DNA of 64,000 bases from Podarcis melisellensis. Lineage: Eukaryota. This document shows positions 12,497 to 24,899 of this stretch, one piece after another. Location: NCBI GenBank assembly GCA_964234715.1, contig OZ174282.1, one strand, 5' to 3'. How positions within the stretch are numbered: position 1 is the stretch's first letter; the number at the start of each line of letters is the position of its first letter. The notes beneath the pieces are model-generated. The model was given only the letters and a program-made list of their open reading frames with translations, did not search any database and was not told where the DNA came from. Made by a program: the position numbers and the translations under genes.

Positions 12497-12748
12497 ATTT
12501 ATTTATTTATTTATTTATTTATTTCATTGCCTTTCTGTCCCCCCTTTCTTTCTCCAAGGAGCTCAAGGTAGCATACATGGTACCCCCCCCCCTCCTCATT
12601 CAATCCCCACAACAACCCTGTGAGGTAGGCTAGGTTAGGTTGAGAGGCAGGGACTGAATCAAGGTCATACCCAGTGAGCTGAGCAGGGATTCAAACCCTG
12701 GTCTCCCAGGTCCTAGTCCAGCACTCTAACCACTACACCACCACTGGT
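12497..12748 (-). mobile_element. MIR-like (Squam3-type) SINE
   Basis: Core cacaacaaccctgtgaggtagg and head end taaccactacacca. Older copies near 27140, 30560, 30750, 55170, 58630 and 59550. Confidence 0.8.
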
Positions 12749-13150
12749 TATCTTTAAACATCTCTCTCATCAGCTCACCTGGGCTGCCTAGCACCCACAC
12801 CACTTGCTCGCTCACTCGCCTGCCTGCTGTTCTGTCTTGTCACTGCAGTTGTTGCAGCTGCCTATCAGCGACCAGAACTGAAGCACAGCAGCATTTTCCT
12901 TACCAAAATATAGTATGGAGAGATGCACTGCTTAGAAATGTTGAACCGACTGTTTTTTAAGGAGAGGGCTTTTAATAGTGCTGTGTTACTTTCATTATCT
13001 GTCTTTGAATACCTTGTTATATATGGTTTTCATTAAATTACTTTTTAATGATTGCCTTATATATCTTTTTAGCTTTTCTTATTCTATCTGTGTCATTTTA
13101 ATTTGTGTTAAGCGGCCTTTGCATCCGGCAAAAAGGTGAGATATAAATCA

Positions 13151-13370
13151 TTACAGGGAACCAAGCAGAGAGCCTTCTCGGTAGTGGCACCCACCCTGTG
13201 GAACACCCTCCCACCAGATGTCAAAGAGAACAACAACTATCAGACTTTTAGAAGACATCTGAAGGCAGCCCTGTTTAGAGAAGCTTTTAATGTTTGATGC
13301 ATTACTGTATTTTAACATTTTGTGGAAGCTGCCCAGAGTGGGCGGGGTATAAATAATAAATTATTATTAT
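13151..13370 (+). mobile_element. L2 LINE 3' end
   Basis: Homologous to 11483-11731. Confidence 0.9.
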
Positions 13371-13603
13371 TTGTTGTTGTTGTTGTTTAGTCGTTTAATT
13401 GTGTCTGACTCTTCGTGACCCCATGGACCAGAGCACGCCAGGCACTCCTGTCTTTCACTGCCTCCCGCAGTTTGGTCAAACTCATGTTCGTAGCTTTGAA
13501 AACACTGCCCAACCATCTCATCCTCTGTCGTCCCCTTCTCCTTGTGCCCTCAATCTTTCCCAGCATCAGGGTCTTTTCCAGGGAGTCTTCTCTTCTCATG
13601 AGG
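13371..13603 (-). mobile_element. BovB (RTE) LINE 3' end
   Basis: MRREDSLEKTLMLGKIEGTRRRGRQRMRWL, followed by a (CAA)n tail. Confidence 0.93.
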
Positions 13604-13828
13604 ATGAGGATGATGTTGATTAAATATATAAATAAATAAATTTCAAATAGTACATAAAATTTATACAGAGCTGTTTGACCATAGAATGGACTTCCTTGGG
13701 AGGTTGTATACTCTCCTTCATGGGAGGGTTTGGGGGATTTTTTAGCAGAGTTTTGATGGCCATCTGTCATGGCTGCTTTAGCTGTGATTCCTGCATTGCA
13801 GGAACTTGGACTAGATGACCCTTTAGAA

Positions 13829-14807
13829 CAGAGGTCAGCAAACCTTTTCCGCAGGGGGTCGGTCCACTGTCCCTCAGACCTTGTGGGGGGCTGGACTATA
13901 TTTGGGGGGGAATCTCCCCCCACCGACTCTCCCCTCCCTTCTCCACAGCACTGGACGAGCCCTGGTGGCGGCTTACCTGTGCCTTGCGAGTGGCAGGGGC
14001 TGGCAGCAGCAGCGGTGGAGGGACGATGAGCGGCGCAAAAGGGCTGACTCCAGAGAGGGGATTCTTAAAATGGTGCTCAGCCAACCACGGCTCAACAAAG
14101 CCCAGCTCCCTTCCTCCTCTAGGCAGGGCGGGGAGAAGCCAGGAGGAGGGAGGGAGTAGGCACCCCCGGTGTGGGGGTGGGGATGGCACAGCCCGAATTA
14201 TCAGAATCCCCACACCACAGTGGCAAGCGTCTTAATAGCACAAGGATGGAAGAATGAGGAAACACCGACTAAAGAACTGTGGCAAGAAAAATTGATGGAC
14301 TATGCGGAACTGGCAAAATTGACACACAAACTACATGACAAGGATAACTGTGACTTTAAAGATGAATGGGGACCTTTTATAAAGTATTTGAAGAAACAAC
14401 AAAATGAACTGGACTCCTTGGCAGGTTTTTAATAAACATTCACAAATCCTTTATTGGTAATATACGGACAGATAAACTGAGGATCTTTACAATTTTATAA
14501 TATGCAGATAAAACTATGCGTTGAGAAACCAGAGAGAGGAACTGAGGGAAGTCTTGGGGGGTGGGAGGGAGGGTTATCTTTTTTTCTTTTTCAGGGGGGG
14601 AGGGGGGAGATGAAAAAATGGGAGGTGAATGGGGATGATGTATTTTTTGTTAAAATTTGTTAAAACTTATGTTGAAATTCCTAATAAAAAAAATTTAAAA
14701 AAATCCCCACACCGATCCATGCAGCGAGTCCCGGACCGTCGGTGGGCCGGATCCAGGAGGCCATTGGGCCAGATCCGGACCCCCGGGCCTTAGTTTGCCG
14801 ACCCATG
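13829..14807 (+). mobile_element. hAT (Charlie-like) non-autonomous transposon
   Basis: Terminal inverted repeats cagaggtcagcaaac/gtttgccgacccatg and perfect 8-bp TSD ctttagaa. Shares its ends with 17253-17505. Confidence 0.9.
14217..14701 (+). mobile_element. L1-clade LINE 3' end
   Basis: LIAQGWKNEETPTKELWQEKLMDYAELAKLT...; AATAAA plus poly-A; 12-bp TSD aatccccacacc (14205-14216, 14702-14713). Confidence 0.9.
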
Positions 14808-16115
14808 CTTTAGAACTTTAGAAATTCTATGAGTCTATGTGAAATATGCATACTTTCTGGAAGAACAATGCATGTGGAGGAGCTTTGCATGTTTGCAGGA
14901 GCAGCCATCCAGCAAGCAGCAACTGCGTTGTTAGGATCAGCTATTGTGCTTCTTCTTCTTCTTTTTTGCTGTGAGTTGATATTTTTTAATTTTAAGTGCC
15001 AGTATTTCTGGCTTCCACATTTCCACTCTCCCCCTTTGCCCACTTGCTCTCTCATTATTGAAAGGAAGCCGGCGGGGAGCTCGTCTGTTTTCCCCACCCC
15101 ACCCCTTCCATTTTCCTGGCTAACCCACCCAACTCAAGAAATGCTGGACACAGTCTTGGAAATAACCTTTTCCTCTCCCCTCCCCCCGCCAAGGATTCCT
15201 GCTGAATTTTAGATTAAAAAGGCAGCTTGCCTTTCAATAATGCATTTCCCCCTCAGCTGCCTTTGCTTTCAAATAAGTTCCTCAGAAAAGAAACCTCAAA
15301 AGATGAAGTTTCCCAAATACAAAACTCCTGAACTGAAGCTGCCTGCCTCCCAGAAGGGCTTGTTGGAGAGAGCAAAGAAATCAATGCATGAATTTCACAG
15401 GCCTCTCCTTCTCCTGTGCTTCTGAGACCTTGACCAGAGAAAGCAAGAGGTTTTGAAAGAAGGGTTTAATTCAAGGGGCTTGAAAGGAAGGCCCTCTTCC
15501 CTTCCCCCCGCAATCTTAGCTATACAAGCTGTTCCCACAACAAAGCATGTGACCCTCCAGATCCCGTTATTCCTAAACCCAGAGATTATAATACGTGGGT
15601 CCCATAAGAGGAAGCTTAGCATATCATGGGTTGTACAGGAAAGGAAAACGATTTGCATAATCCCTTTCTGATTTCATGTAGGGTTTAAAACCTGCTTGAA
15701 CAGGGTTTGGGTTGGGCAAAATAAACCACAGCGAGAGCAGATGAAATGGTAGCCCTGCTTCCCTTTTGCAGAGACACTCAGGTTTTTCATATATATCTGG
15801 CATTTTAGTCTGTGCAAACATGTGTCTCCCACCCCAGTTTCAATGCAGGTTTTAAGAATCATTTTTTAATTTACAAAACCGGATTTGGACTGATGCTATC
15901 CAGCTTTTCTGAAATACAAAATCTCCATATTATTTGTTGGAGGTGAAAACTGATCTGAAGTTTAGTGAAAAACCATGGAAGAGCAACCATGTGCATGTGT
16001 GTGCCCTCCCCAATTTAAATAGTTTGTCTGGAATTCCCAGAATATATTCCCATGATTGTTGCTGTTGCCATCCATCCATCTCAAGAGACAATGGAGCGGG
16101 CTTCCAGGGGTGAAG

Positions 16116-16274
16116 CACAGGTGCCAACTCCTTGGGGCCCTGGGTGCCCAAGCACCCACAAAATTCCCCATGAAGGGGCCAGGCACCCACAAATTTTTGG
16201 GTCAAGGCCAGGCACGCTGCATGGCACCCACAGCCCTGGGCACCCATGGTTGCGGGGCCAAACTGACACTCCTG
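16116..16274 (+). mobile_element. cataggtgccaactcc-family DNA element
   Basis: Homologous to 2203-2361 and 32202-32321. Confidence 0.65.
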
Positions 16275-16418
16275 TGTTGGTCAAACCACCGAGAAGTTCA
16301 AGGGTGTGGAGAAAGTTACAACACCTCCAAGATGCAACACTCCCTTGCATGCTGTAAATGGGACATAAAAAAACATGTGTGGCATCACGTCCTGAAAACT
16401 CCTGCTATAAATATTATA

Positions 16419-16644
16419 CAGTGGTACCTCAGGTTAAGTACTTAATTCGTTCCAGAGGTCTGTTCTTAACCTGAAACTGTTCTTAACCTGAAGCACCATT
16501 TTAGCTAATGGGGCCTCCTGCTGCCACTGTGCTGCTGGAGCACAATTTCTGTTCTCATCCTGGAGCAAAGTTCTTAACCCGAGGTACTATTTCTGGGTTA
16601 GCGGAGTCTGTAACCTGAAGCGTATGTAACCTGAGATATCACTG
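16419..16644 (+). mobile_element. Tc1/mariner MITE, family A
   Basis: TA TSD and terminal inverted repeats. Confidence 0.9.
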
Positions 16645-16646
16645 TA

Positions 16647-16887
16647 CAGTCATACCTCGGGTTAAAGTTGCTTCAGGTTGAGCGTTTTCAGGTTGCGCTC
16701 CGTGGCGACCCGGAAGTAACAGAGCAGGTTTCACCGCTCGCGCATGTGCAGATGCTCAAAATGACATCACGTGCATGCGCAGAAGCAGCAAATCACAACC
16801 CACGCATGCGCAGACGCAGGTTGCGTTCTCTTCAGGATGCGAACGAGGCTCCAGAACGGATCTTGTTCGCATCCAGAGGTACCCCTG
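16647..16887. mobile_element. Tc1/mariner MITE, family B
   Basis: TA|cagtcatacctc...gaggtacccctg|TA; shares its TA with the preceding MITE. Confidence 0.85.
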
Positions 16888-17252
16888 TAAATGCCTTTGG
16901 GCAAAAGATGCTATCAGAAAGTGCTCTCTCTCTCTCTCACACACACACACAAATACACAACCTCTGTGGTCAGTACAGAGCATAGAAATGTCACCAGCTT
17001 TTAGCGATGATTACTGCATTGCAAGGGGTTGAGCTGGATGGTCCCTTGAGTTCCCTTCCAACTCTACAATTGTATGATTCTATTTTTTTTCCACAGGGCG
17101 GCTTGTTTGGCTTCCGTGCTGTGGACTCAGCACACATGACACAAAGAAAGCAATCTGCAGTGGGACTCAGCCACTGGCAATCCTCTTCCCTGCTGCTGAG
17201 CTCTTTTTTGCAACAGCAGGAGGGGGAGTCAGCAAGAAGAGAAGGCTTAACC

Positions 17253-17505
17253 CAGGGGAAGGCAACCTAAGGCCCAGGGGCTGGATGCGGCCCAATCACC
17301 TTCTCAAGCCAGCCCGTGGATGGTCCGGGAATCAGCATGTTTTTACATGAGTAGAATGTGTCCTTTTATTTAAAATGCATCTCTGGGTTATTTGTGGGGC
17401 ATAGGAATTCGTTCATTTTCCCAAAAAAATATAGTCCAGCCCCCCCCCCCCAAGGTCTGAGGGACAGTGGACCAGCCCCCTGCTGAAAAAGTTTGCTGAC
17501 CCCTG
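17253..17505 (-). mobile_element. hAT MITE
   Basis: caggggaaggcaacc...gtttgctgacccctg; TSD gcttaacc/gcttaaat (6/8). Confidence 0.85.
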
Positions 17506-18876
17506 GCTTAAATCTTCCCTCCTCACCCACCCTCATTGGACCGCTCAGCCAATCCAAAGGAAACAAATTCAGCCGGGTGAGGAAGGGGTCCGGGAAAAGA
17601 GGACCTGAGGATTGCATCTGGCTTGCTTTCAAGAGGTTGCCCAACCATGAATCCAAGAATGTGTCATCCCTGAGAAGCATTATCAGTCCCTTGAACAGGA
17701 AAATCAGGTGCTGAGTGCCGGCAGGACTAGAATAAAACTGGAGGCACTGAAAAAACCTTCTGAGGTTTACAAAAGCCCAGATTATTAAATAAATAAGGGG
17801 GGGAAATGCCCTTGAAATACCCCCTTGGAGACTGTGGATGCTCTACAGCCATGATAATTCTGAAGGTCAGCTAGAAAAGAAAAGGCGAGAATCATAGAAT
17901 TGTAGATTCGCACAGTACCCAAAGGGTCTGTAGTCCAACCCTCTGCAGTGCAGGAATCACAGCTAAAGCAGAGGGGATGGGAGTGCCCAGCTTGATGCCC
18001 TTGCAACTGACTGAACCCTGGGGGACAGCTTGGCTGGCTGGCTGGTGAGTTGTGATAAACTGCAACCTTTTGTTGCAGGCACTAAACCCTCCATTTACCA
18101 TTCTAACTATGCTCATTCTTGCTATTACAAATGAGTGTTTGACAGAGTTGGGAGATTCCGCCATCATATCTACCTCGATCTACCCACAGGCTGCCCACTG
18201 TTCCACAAACAGTTCTCCAAATATCCTCCGTTGGGAGCCTGCATGCTTCAGGTATGCATGGGGAAATGTGAGCACCCGGGGATAAGTGTGCTTAATTCAA
18301 ACTGCTCTCTCCAAAATGGATCCAGTGATAGAAACCTCCTCCTGTGGAAATGAATTGCTAGTGGGTGATTTGCTGTAAATGATTCATCCCATTCGGCATA
18401 ATCCTATTGTGTTAATTAGCAGCCTTGTGACAAAGTAGCTTTCGAGCAGCCCCTGAAATATTAAAATGGAAGCGCTTATGAATAATGGCGGGTGCTGTGC
18501 AGCAAACAGGCTGTTCTCCACTTAGAGACATTCATCTCAACGCAAGCTTGTGTGCACCTGGAGCAAGGGCCAACTATATATATATATTTTAAGAATAACT
18601 GTACTGGAATCCAGCCGCATACTTACTTATAAATATAAAAAACCTCTTTTTCCTCATGGGGCTCCTATGTGGTATCTGTAAGATGTGAGGTTTTGTAAGC
18701 ACAATAAAAACAGTGGTAAGATGAGTGGAAAACACATTCTGCATCGGGAGAGGCAGGTGTGGGAGCAATGTAGCTCTGATGCTGCTGTTCTGGCAGTCCC
18801 AAACCCATCTGCCAATTTTATTGGAGCCTGGGAGGTTTTTTTGCAAGGGGGGGCTGAGAAGAATCTCCTTCTTCCT

Positions 18877-19740
18877 CATAGAATCATAGACTCATAGAAT
18901 CGTAGAGTGGGAAGGATCCCTAAGGGCCATATAGTCAACCCCCCTGCAATTCAGGAATTACAGTGAAAGAATCCCTGGCAGATGGCCATCCAACCTCTAG
19001 GGAGCATGTGGCGCTGTGGTCTAAACCACTGAACTTATAGGGCTTGCTGATCAGAAGGTCAGCAGTTTGAGTCCGCCGGACAGAGTGAGCTCCCATTGTT
19101 TTGTCCCAGCTCCTGCCAACCTAGCAGTTCGAAGGCATACAAGCACGCGTAAATAAATAGGTATCGATGTGGCAGGAAGGTAAATGGCATTTATGTGTAC
19201 TCTGGCACTTGTCACAGTGTCCCGTTGCACCAGAAGCAGTTTTGTCATGCTGGCCACATGACCTGGAAAGCTGTCTGTGGGCAAATGCTGGCTCCCTTGG
19301 TCTGAAAAGCAAGATGAGCAGCACACCCCATAGCCACCTTTGACAGGACTTAACCATCCAGGGGTCCTTTACCTTTACCAACCTCTGTTGAAAACCCTCC
19401 AATGAAGGAGAATCCACCACTTTCTGAGGGAGTTCATCCCACAGCCAAATGGCTCTTTTCATCATAAAACTCTTCCTAATGTTTAGAGTCTCCTTTCTTA
19501 CAATTTGAACCCATTGATTTGGCTCCTGCCCTCTGGAATAGCTGAAAGCAAGTTTGCTCCATCTTCCATTTGACAGCCCTTCAGATATTTGAAGATGACC
19601 ATCCTATCTCATCTCAGTCTTCTTTCCCCCAGGCTAAACATACCCAATTCCCTCAACCATCCCTCCTAAGTGTTGGTATCCAGACCCTTAATAATCTTGG
19701 TCACCTCTCTTCTGCACGTTTTCCAGCTTATCAGCATCCT
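18877..19740 (-). mobile_element. CR1 3' fragment interrupted by a Sauria SINE
   Basis: (catagaat)n tail; CR1 ORF2 sequence resumes after 19386. Confidence 0.85.
18999..19377 (+). mobile_element. Sauria SINE
   Basis: Homologous to 6028-6380; cctttaccttta tail; TSD ccaacctct (18990-18998, 19378-19386). Confidence 0.92.
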
Positions 19741-20029
19741 TATTACTGTGGTGTGTCCCATTCTGCATCCTCAACAGAGCCTCAGGAATGAAATGCTGCT
19801 CTCATTTTAGTGTTTTCACATACACACCATCACCACCACCATCAAATCCTTCTCCAAAGCAGTCCTGCACTTTAAGTTACAATCCCACCACCATCACTTC
19901 TTCTTGACAGCTGAATGAGTGGTTGTTTTGTTTACTCCAAGATACTTCAGAGGAATTCACTCAAACATCACAGTTCCTCTTTGCCTGGCAAAATTTGATG
20001 CTTCATAGCCAAGCTCTCAGGGGAGTTCT

Positions 20030-20652
20030 TTTTTAAAAGAAATAAAATTATTTTTATTGAGTTTTATATTATTATTATTATTTTCCATAATTACTTCATG
20101 ACAAATAATGACAAATTAAATTCCTTGCATTACCCCACCCCACCCCTAACCCGTGACTTCCCTCAACTTCCCCTTCTGGTTTATTACATTTAAACCATTC
20201 CTACTTACCGTACTGTACTTCAGTATTATATCCTTAAATTAAATGTTGTTATATTCTCATTATTTTAACAACTTCTATGTTTATATTATTAATTGTAAGT
20301 GTTTACTCAAACCCTGCTAGTGAGTCCATTTCTTTACATTGATTCCATAGATACAGCACATATGGTTACCAATCTTCTTTAAAGTCTCTATTGCCTTTGT
20401 CTCCGAGTCTTTCAGTTAGCTTTGCCATTTCAGCAAATTCCATCAGTTTTTCTTGCCATTGCCCTTTGGTTGGTATTTCGTCGCTTTTCCATCTTTGGGC
20501 TAGTAAGATCCTAGCCACTGTTGTAGCATACATGAATAGTTTTTTTCTTCTCTTTTGGCATATCTTGACCTGAAATGCCTAATAAAAAAGGCTTCTGGTC
20601 TTTTAACAAAAGTTATCTTAAACATTTTTTTCAATTCATTATAAATCATTTC
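20030..20652 (-). mobile_element. L1-clade LINE 3' end
   Basis: WEMIYNELKKMFKITFVKRPEAF; poly-T start; 21-bp TSD (19/21). Confidence 0.88.
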
Positions 20653-21184
20653 CCAAGCTCTTGGGGGAGTTCTACCTTGCAACCAGAAGAAGTCTTGCAT
20701 CAAGAAGAGCTACAGGAAGGATGGATGGACAGATGAAAGGAAGAAGGAAGTATTTCTTTGCACTGGTGTCTTGCCTGATCCCAAGATATATCTCCCTGTG
20801 AATCAATGAGCACCACAGCAAAGAGATCATTAAGAAAATATTAAATGGGTAGAAGAGGAATCTTGCCATGGAGAGCCAAGGAGATTTCATACCTCAGCTT
20901 ATGCCTGCTTCCAACCAATTTACTAAACAGCACTTGCAGGAAGAGGTTTGTCATCCCATCACATTGCCTGCAAAATTGAATTCCTAGAAAGCCAAGCAAG
21001 GGAATGCATTCCTGCAGAGAGACCCTGCATTTTCCAAGATGTGGGGATGCGTTTGGGTTTGGTTCACAAACCACCTGCCCCAAAAACACAACCTGAGCTC
21101 AGTTGGAAATGAAAGCCCATTGAATGCTGTTATCAACTTCAAGTTTGGACTGGCCTTGTTGCTTTGCAACCCATTTCATCTCCT

Positions 21185-21325
21185 CATAGAATCATAGAAT
21201 TGTAGAATTGGAAGGGACCCCAAGGGTCATCTAGGTCAACCACATCCAATGTAGGAACCACAGCTTAAGAATCCCTGACCGATGCCCATCCAAGCTCTGT
21301 TTTAAAACTTCCAATGAAGGAAAGG
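21185..21325 (-). mobile_element. CR1 3' tail fragment
   Basis: catagaatcatagaattgtagaattggaaggg. Similar short tails near 5487, 17010, 17890 and 27460. Confidence 0.85.
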
Positions 21326-22589
21326 CCAGCTCACAAGAAGGAGGCACCAAGCTCATAACCCCCAAATGTGGAAAATATGCCATGTGCAAAAAGGTCCAGT
21401 CAAAATTAGAATATCTTTAGAAAGACCAAAATATAAGGCTGCAACTTTTGAGGGGCTGAGATTCAGTCATGTATTAACAAATTCAGGTAGCCGAGTGAAA
21501 GCTGATTTGGCACCCTTGGGCATTAAGCCCACTTCTTCCCCCAAACAGACTTTTGTGTTAAGGGGAGTGATGAGAAAATCGGGGGGGGGGGGAGATTGTC
21601 GGACAACACTTGCACAGATGTACCAGTTTCTTGCCTCCCTGCTAACAAATCAGAATGGATGCTGATTACATAGCCGAAGTCATCTAACCTCCCTGCAAAC
21701 AAATCAGGATGCATGCTGAATAAGCGGTTTGCCTGGAAGCCCCGAGCATCAATCCTCATTCTGCCATAGTCCACCCTTCCTCTTTCCATATTCAGGAAAT
21801 CTAGCGATCATTGGCCCCAATTGCAACACTGCTTTTCCCTTTAGCAGCTGATTACAAGAGGAAAGAGAGGAAGGTTAAACACAAACAAAGGGGAAACTTT
21901 TCAAGGAGGGACCCGAGGCATTCAAAAAGCTATTGGCAGTATTAAGTAGTCCATTAAATTGTCCCCGGGAGTGCTGAAGAGGCAGTCTGTTTACAGTGTC
22001 GAGGGCAGGAGGCTAAAGTACTTTGCTTGGCAGGCTGGTGTGATTTAAAGCCTCGGCTTCATCAAGTTGAAACACAAACCATGTTTGAGTTTTCTGGCCT
22101 GTGCCATAAATATTGGCGAAGTGAAAGCTGGGAGAAAGATGTGGCTCAGGTCGGAGGGTGTTTGGATAATCGCCGTGCCATGCCTGGACCGGCAGCGAGG
22201 TGGACGTTTTAATTATGTGACCTGATCTCAGTGCGCACAGCATCCAGCCTCATAGCCACATGGCACCATTTCCCAGGACAGAGTTTGAGACTAGGAAGGT
22301 TTGCTTTGGAGCCTTTCCCAGGTGGGTATAACAACCAGAAGGACCAGTATGGATTTCATGTGCCTGGCAGGTTTGTCTGATGTCCAGGTAGGGATGGGGA
22401 GAGAATGGTTTTAGTTTGTTGTGCAAACCACTATTCTGGATAATGCTTTTTATAGGATAGGGTAGAGGGCACTGGGGGGTGAGTTTATTGAACTTAAGAA
22501 GGCAGTGGACCATAAACATTTGGGGACCACTGGTGTAGACTGACCAGTCATTGCTTTGGAAGTTGCTCCACCTTGTAAAAGATGGTTGG

Positions 22590-23058
22590 TGTCAGGGACT
22601 GTGCTGAGGAGGAATGTTGGGAGCCTCCCCCTCCCCCTGCTCCTGATTAGGATCCTGAATCTTCCCAGGAGCAGGAGGACAGTATAGGTTTGGAACAGTG
22701 GTTTGCAGAGGGACATAGTTCAGAAAACAGAAGCTGGGAAGTATTGGATGGGGAACAGATAGGAGGAGAAGCACTGGGGAGGGGGAGAGAGTTAACAGAC
22801 TCACTTTCTCTGGAAAGCATTCATCCGCTCAGCCCAAGGTCAAGAAGAGCAGATAAGGTGGCAGCACAGAAAGCACGATGGTCACGAGATCAGGTTACAA
22901 GACGTGGTAGTGGCATGAGTCACTAGGGAGGAAGTGGGTGGAACCCTTAATTAGGAGCACCTTCATTCCGAGGAAGGGAGTTCTTTGTTCTCTTGCAGTG
23001 ATCATTAGAGTTTCTAACTGTTAAGAAGACTCCTTTCTCTTTGTTCCGAAGCCTGACA
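22590..23058. mobile_element. Solo LTR (Gypsy- or ERV-type)
   Basis: tgtcagg...cctgaca (7-bp terminal inverted repeat, TG..CA) with perfect 5-bp TSD gttgg. Confidence 0.85.
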
Positions 23059-24536
23059 GTTGGACTAGAACCAGTGGTTGGCAACTTTTGGGGGAGAGCG
23101 GACTTGAGATTTCAAGAGAATGCCACAAACACCCCCCACTCTGGTTGTGCCACCCCCAGCTCAGTTTCCCTGGAAGAAAGGGAGGAAGTCCCATATGTGC
23201 ACAAACACACACATTGCTTTTCCAAGAGGTCTGGGTAAAAGTCAGAGGCAAAATTAAAATGGATCCTCCTGAACTTGCATGGTTTTAGAGCGCTGTCTCC
23301 TCCACCACCCATGCAAAAATCAACATCAAATGAAAGCTTCCTGCACAACAAAAACCACAACCAGCACCACAAAACCATTTTAGGCGCCACCTACCTTTCC
23401 TGGACTGATCACATCCGTGACCAATCCAAAGTGTGATGGCTCTCCTCTGAGAAGGCAATCAGGTTTCCACGTGGCAGCAGCAAAAACCACAGCCAGCACC
23501 ACAAAAGAATTGATCCAGGGCACACAATACTCATGGAGTTTCTTGGATTTAGGATGACAGCCAACCAGCAGCAAGTGACAGAACACATCTGCTTACACAT
23601 TTGAAGATCCATAGCTATATCTGCCCCAGTTCCAGGTTTTTGTGCCATGTCAGCACTAGAACTTACCAGAATCACCATGATTGTTACAGTTCAGCCAATG
23701 GAAACAGATGTGATTTCGGGGAGGGGGGCTTTGGGAGGGCAGCAAGTTATGCAATTTCAACAGAATATGTTTTATTGGATCGTTCATGCCTATGGGTGAA
23801 TCATCCTACTATCCCTCCCTCCCCCTCTCTTTCTTTCACTCAATTCTCTGTCCACTTGCACTCCCTCCTGACTCCAGTGGCATTCTCTCAATGAGCCTCA
23901 TCCTCCCCACTGTCCTTTCCATCCCCCTCTCCTACTGTCTTGATCCCCCCAACACAGACACTTTATGTTCAGAGCTCAGACCTCAATCTGAGCCTTGAAA
24001 AGCACCTAGAGCTGAGAGAGGCAATGGAAAAGAGCATCTCTTTCACCTTCCACCTTCAGTTTGATGTTCTATGGGCTTCTTAAAGGGCAAGGGGCAGAGG
24101 CACAAACCATGAGCCCCAGTGCAGATGTAACCTTGAGCCAAGCCATGGCTTAGCTCTAAGTAGCAGGGCAACAGGGGGGGTGGGCATGGTAGGCGTGAAG
24201 GAACTGTGGTTTTCACTGTAATCTCCTGCACACTCTGACATTCATACTTAGCCCCGGCTTGACTTCGTTTTCTGTTAACACTGGGCCATTAGACAGCTTT
24301 CAATGAACCTGCACTTCACTGAATATGCTACACATGGACAGATGCCAGAAGGGTAATAAAAAACACCAAACGTGCCAAGTGAAAATGAAATGGCATTTGG
24401 AGGGAGAAATCAAAAGCAAGTTTCTAAATCAAGATTGCTGAATAAACACACATGCAGAGAGAGATAGAGATAGATAGAGATATAAAGATATTGCTGTTGG
24501 TTGGGGGTAAGACTGGTTGGTAGATATGACTGATTG

Positions 24537-24868
24537 ATGATGATGATGATGATGATTTATTATTTATACCCCGCCCATCTGGCTGAGTTTCCCTAGCCAC
24601 TCTGGGCGGCTCCCAATCAAGTATTAAAAACAATACAGCGTTAAATATTAAAAACTTCCCTGAACAGGGCTGCCTTCAGATGTCTTTTAAAAATAGGATA
24701 GCTACTTATTTCCTTCATATCTGAAGGGAGGGTGTTCCACAGGGTGGGCGCCACTACCGAGAAGGCCCTCTGTCTGGTTCCCTATAACCTTACTTCTCTC
24801 AATGAGGGAACTGCTAGAAGGCCCTCGGCGCTGGATCTCAGTGTCCGGGCTGAACGATGGGGGTGGAT
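24537..24868 (-). mobile_element. L2 LINE 3' end with (ATC)n tail
   Basis: HPHRSARTLRSSAEGLLAVPSLRE; homologous to 11318-11731. Confidence 0.92.
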
Positions 24869-24899
24869 ACGATTGAGTGAGTGAGTGAGTGAGTGAGTG

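Larger units (their letters stand above)
13664..14840 (+). mobile_element. CR1 3' end split by a hAT element
   Basis: CR1 sequence at 13664-13828 resumes as attctatgagtctatg after 14815. Confidence 0.75.
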
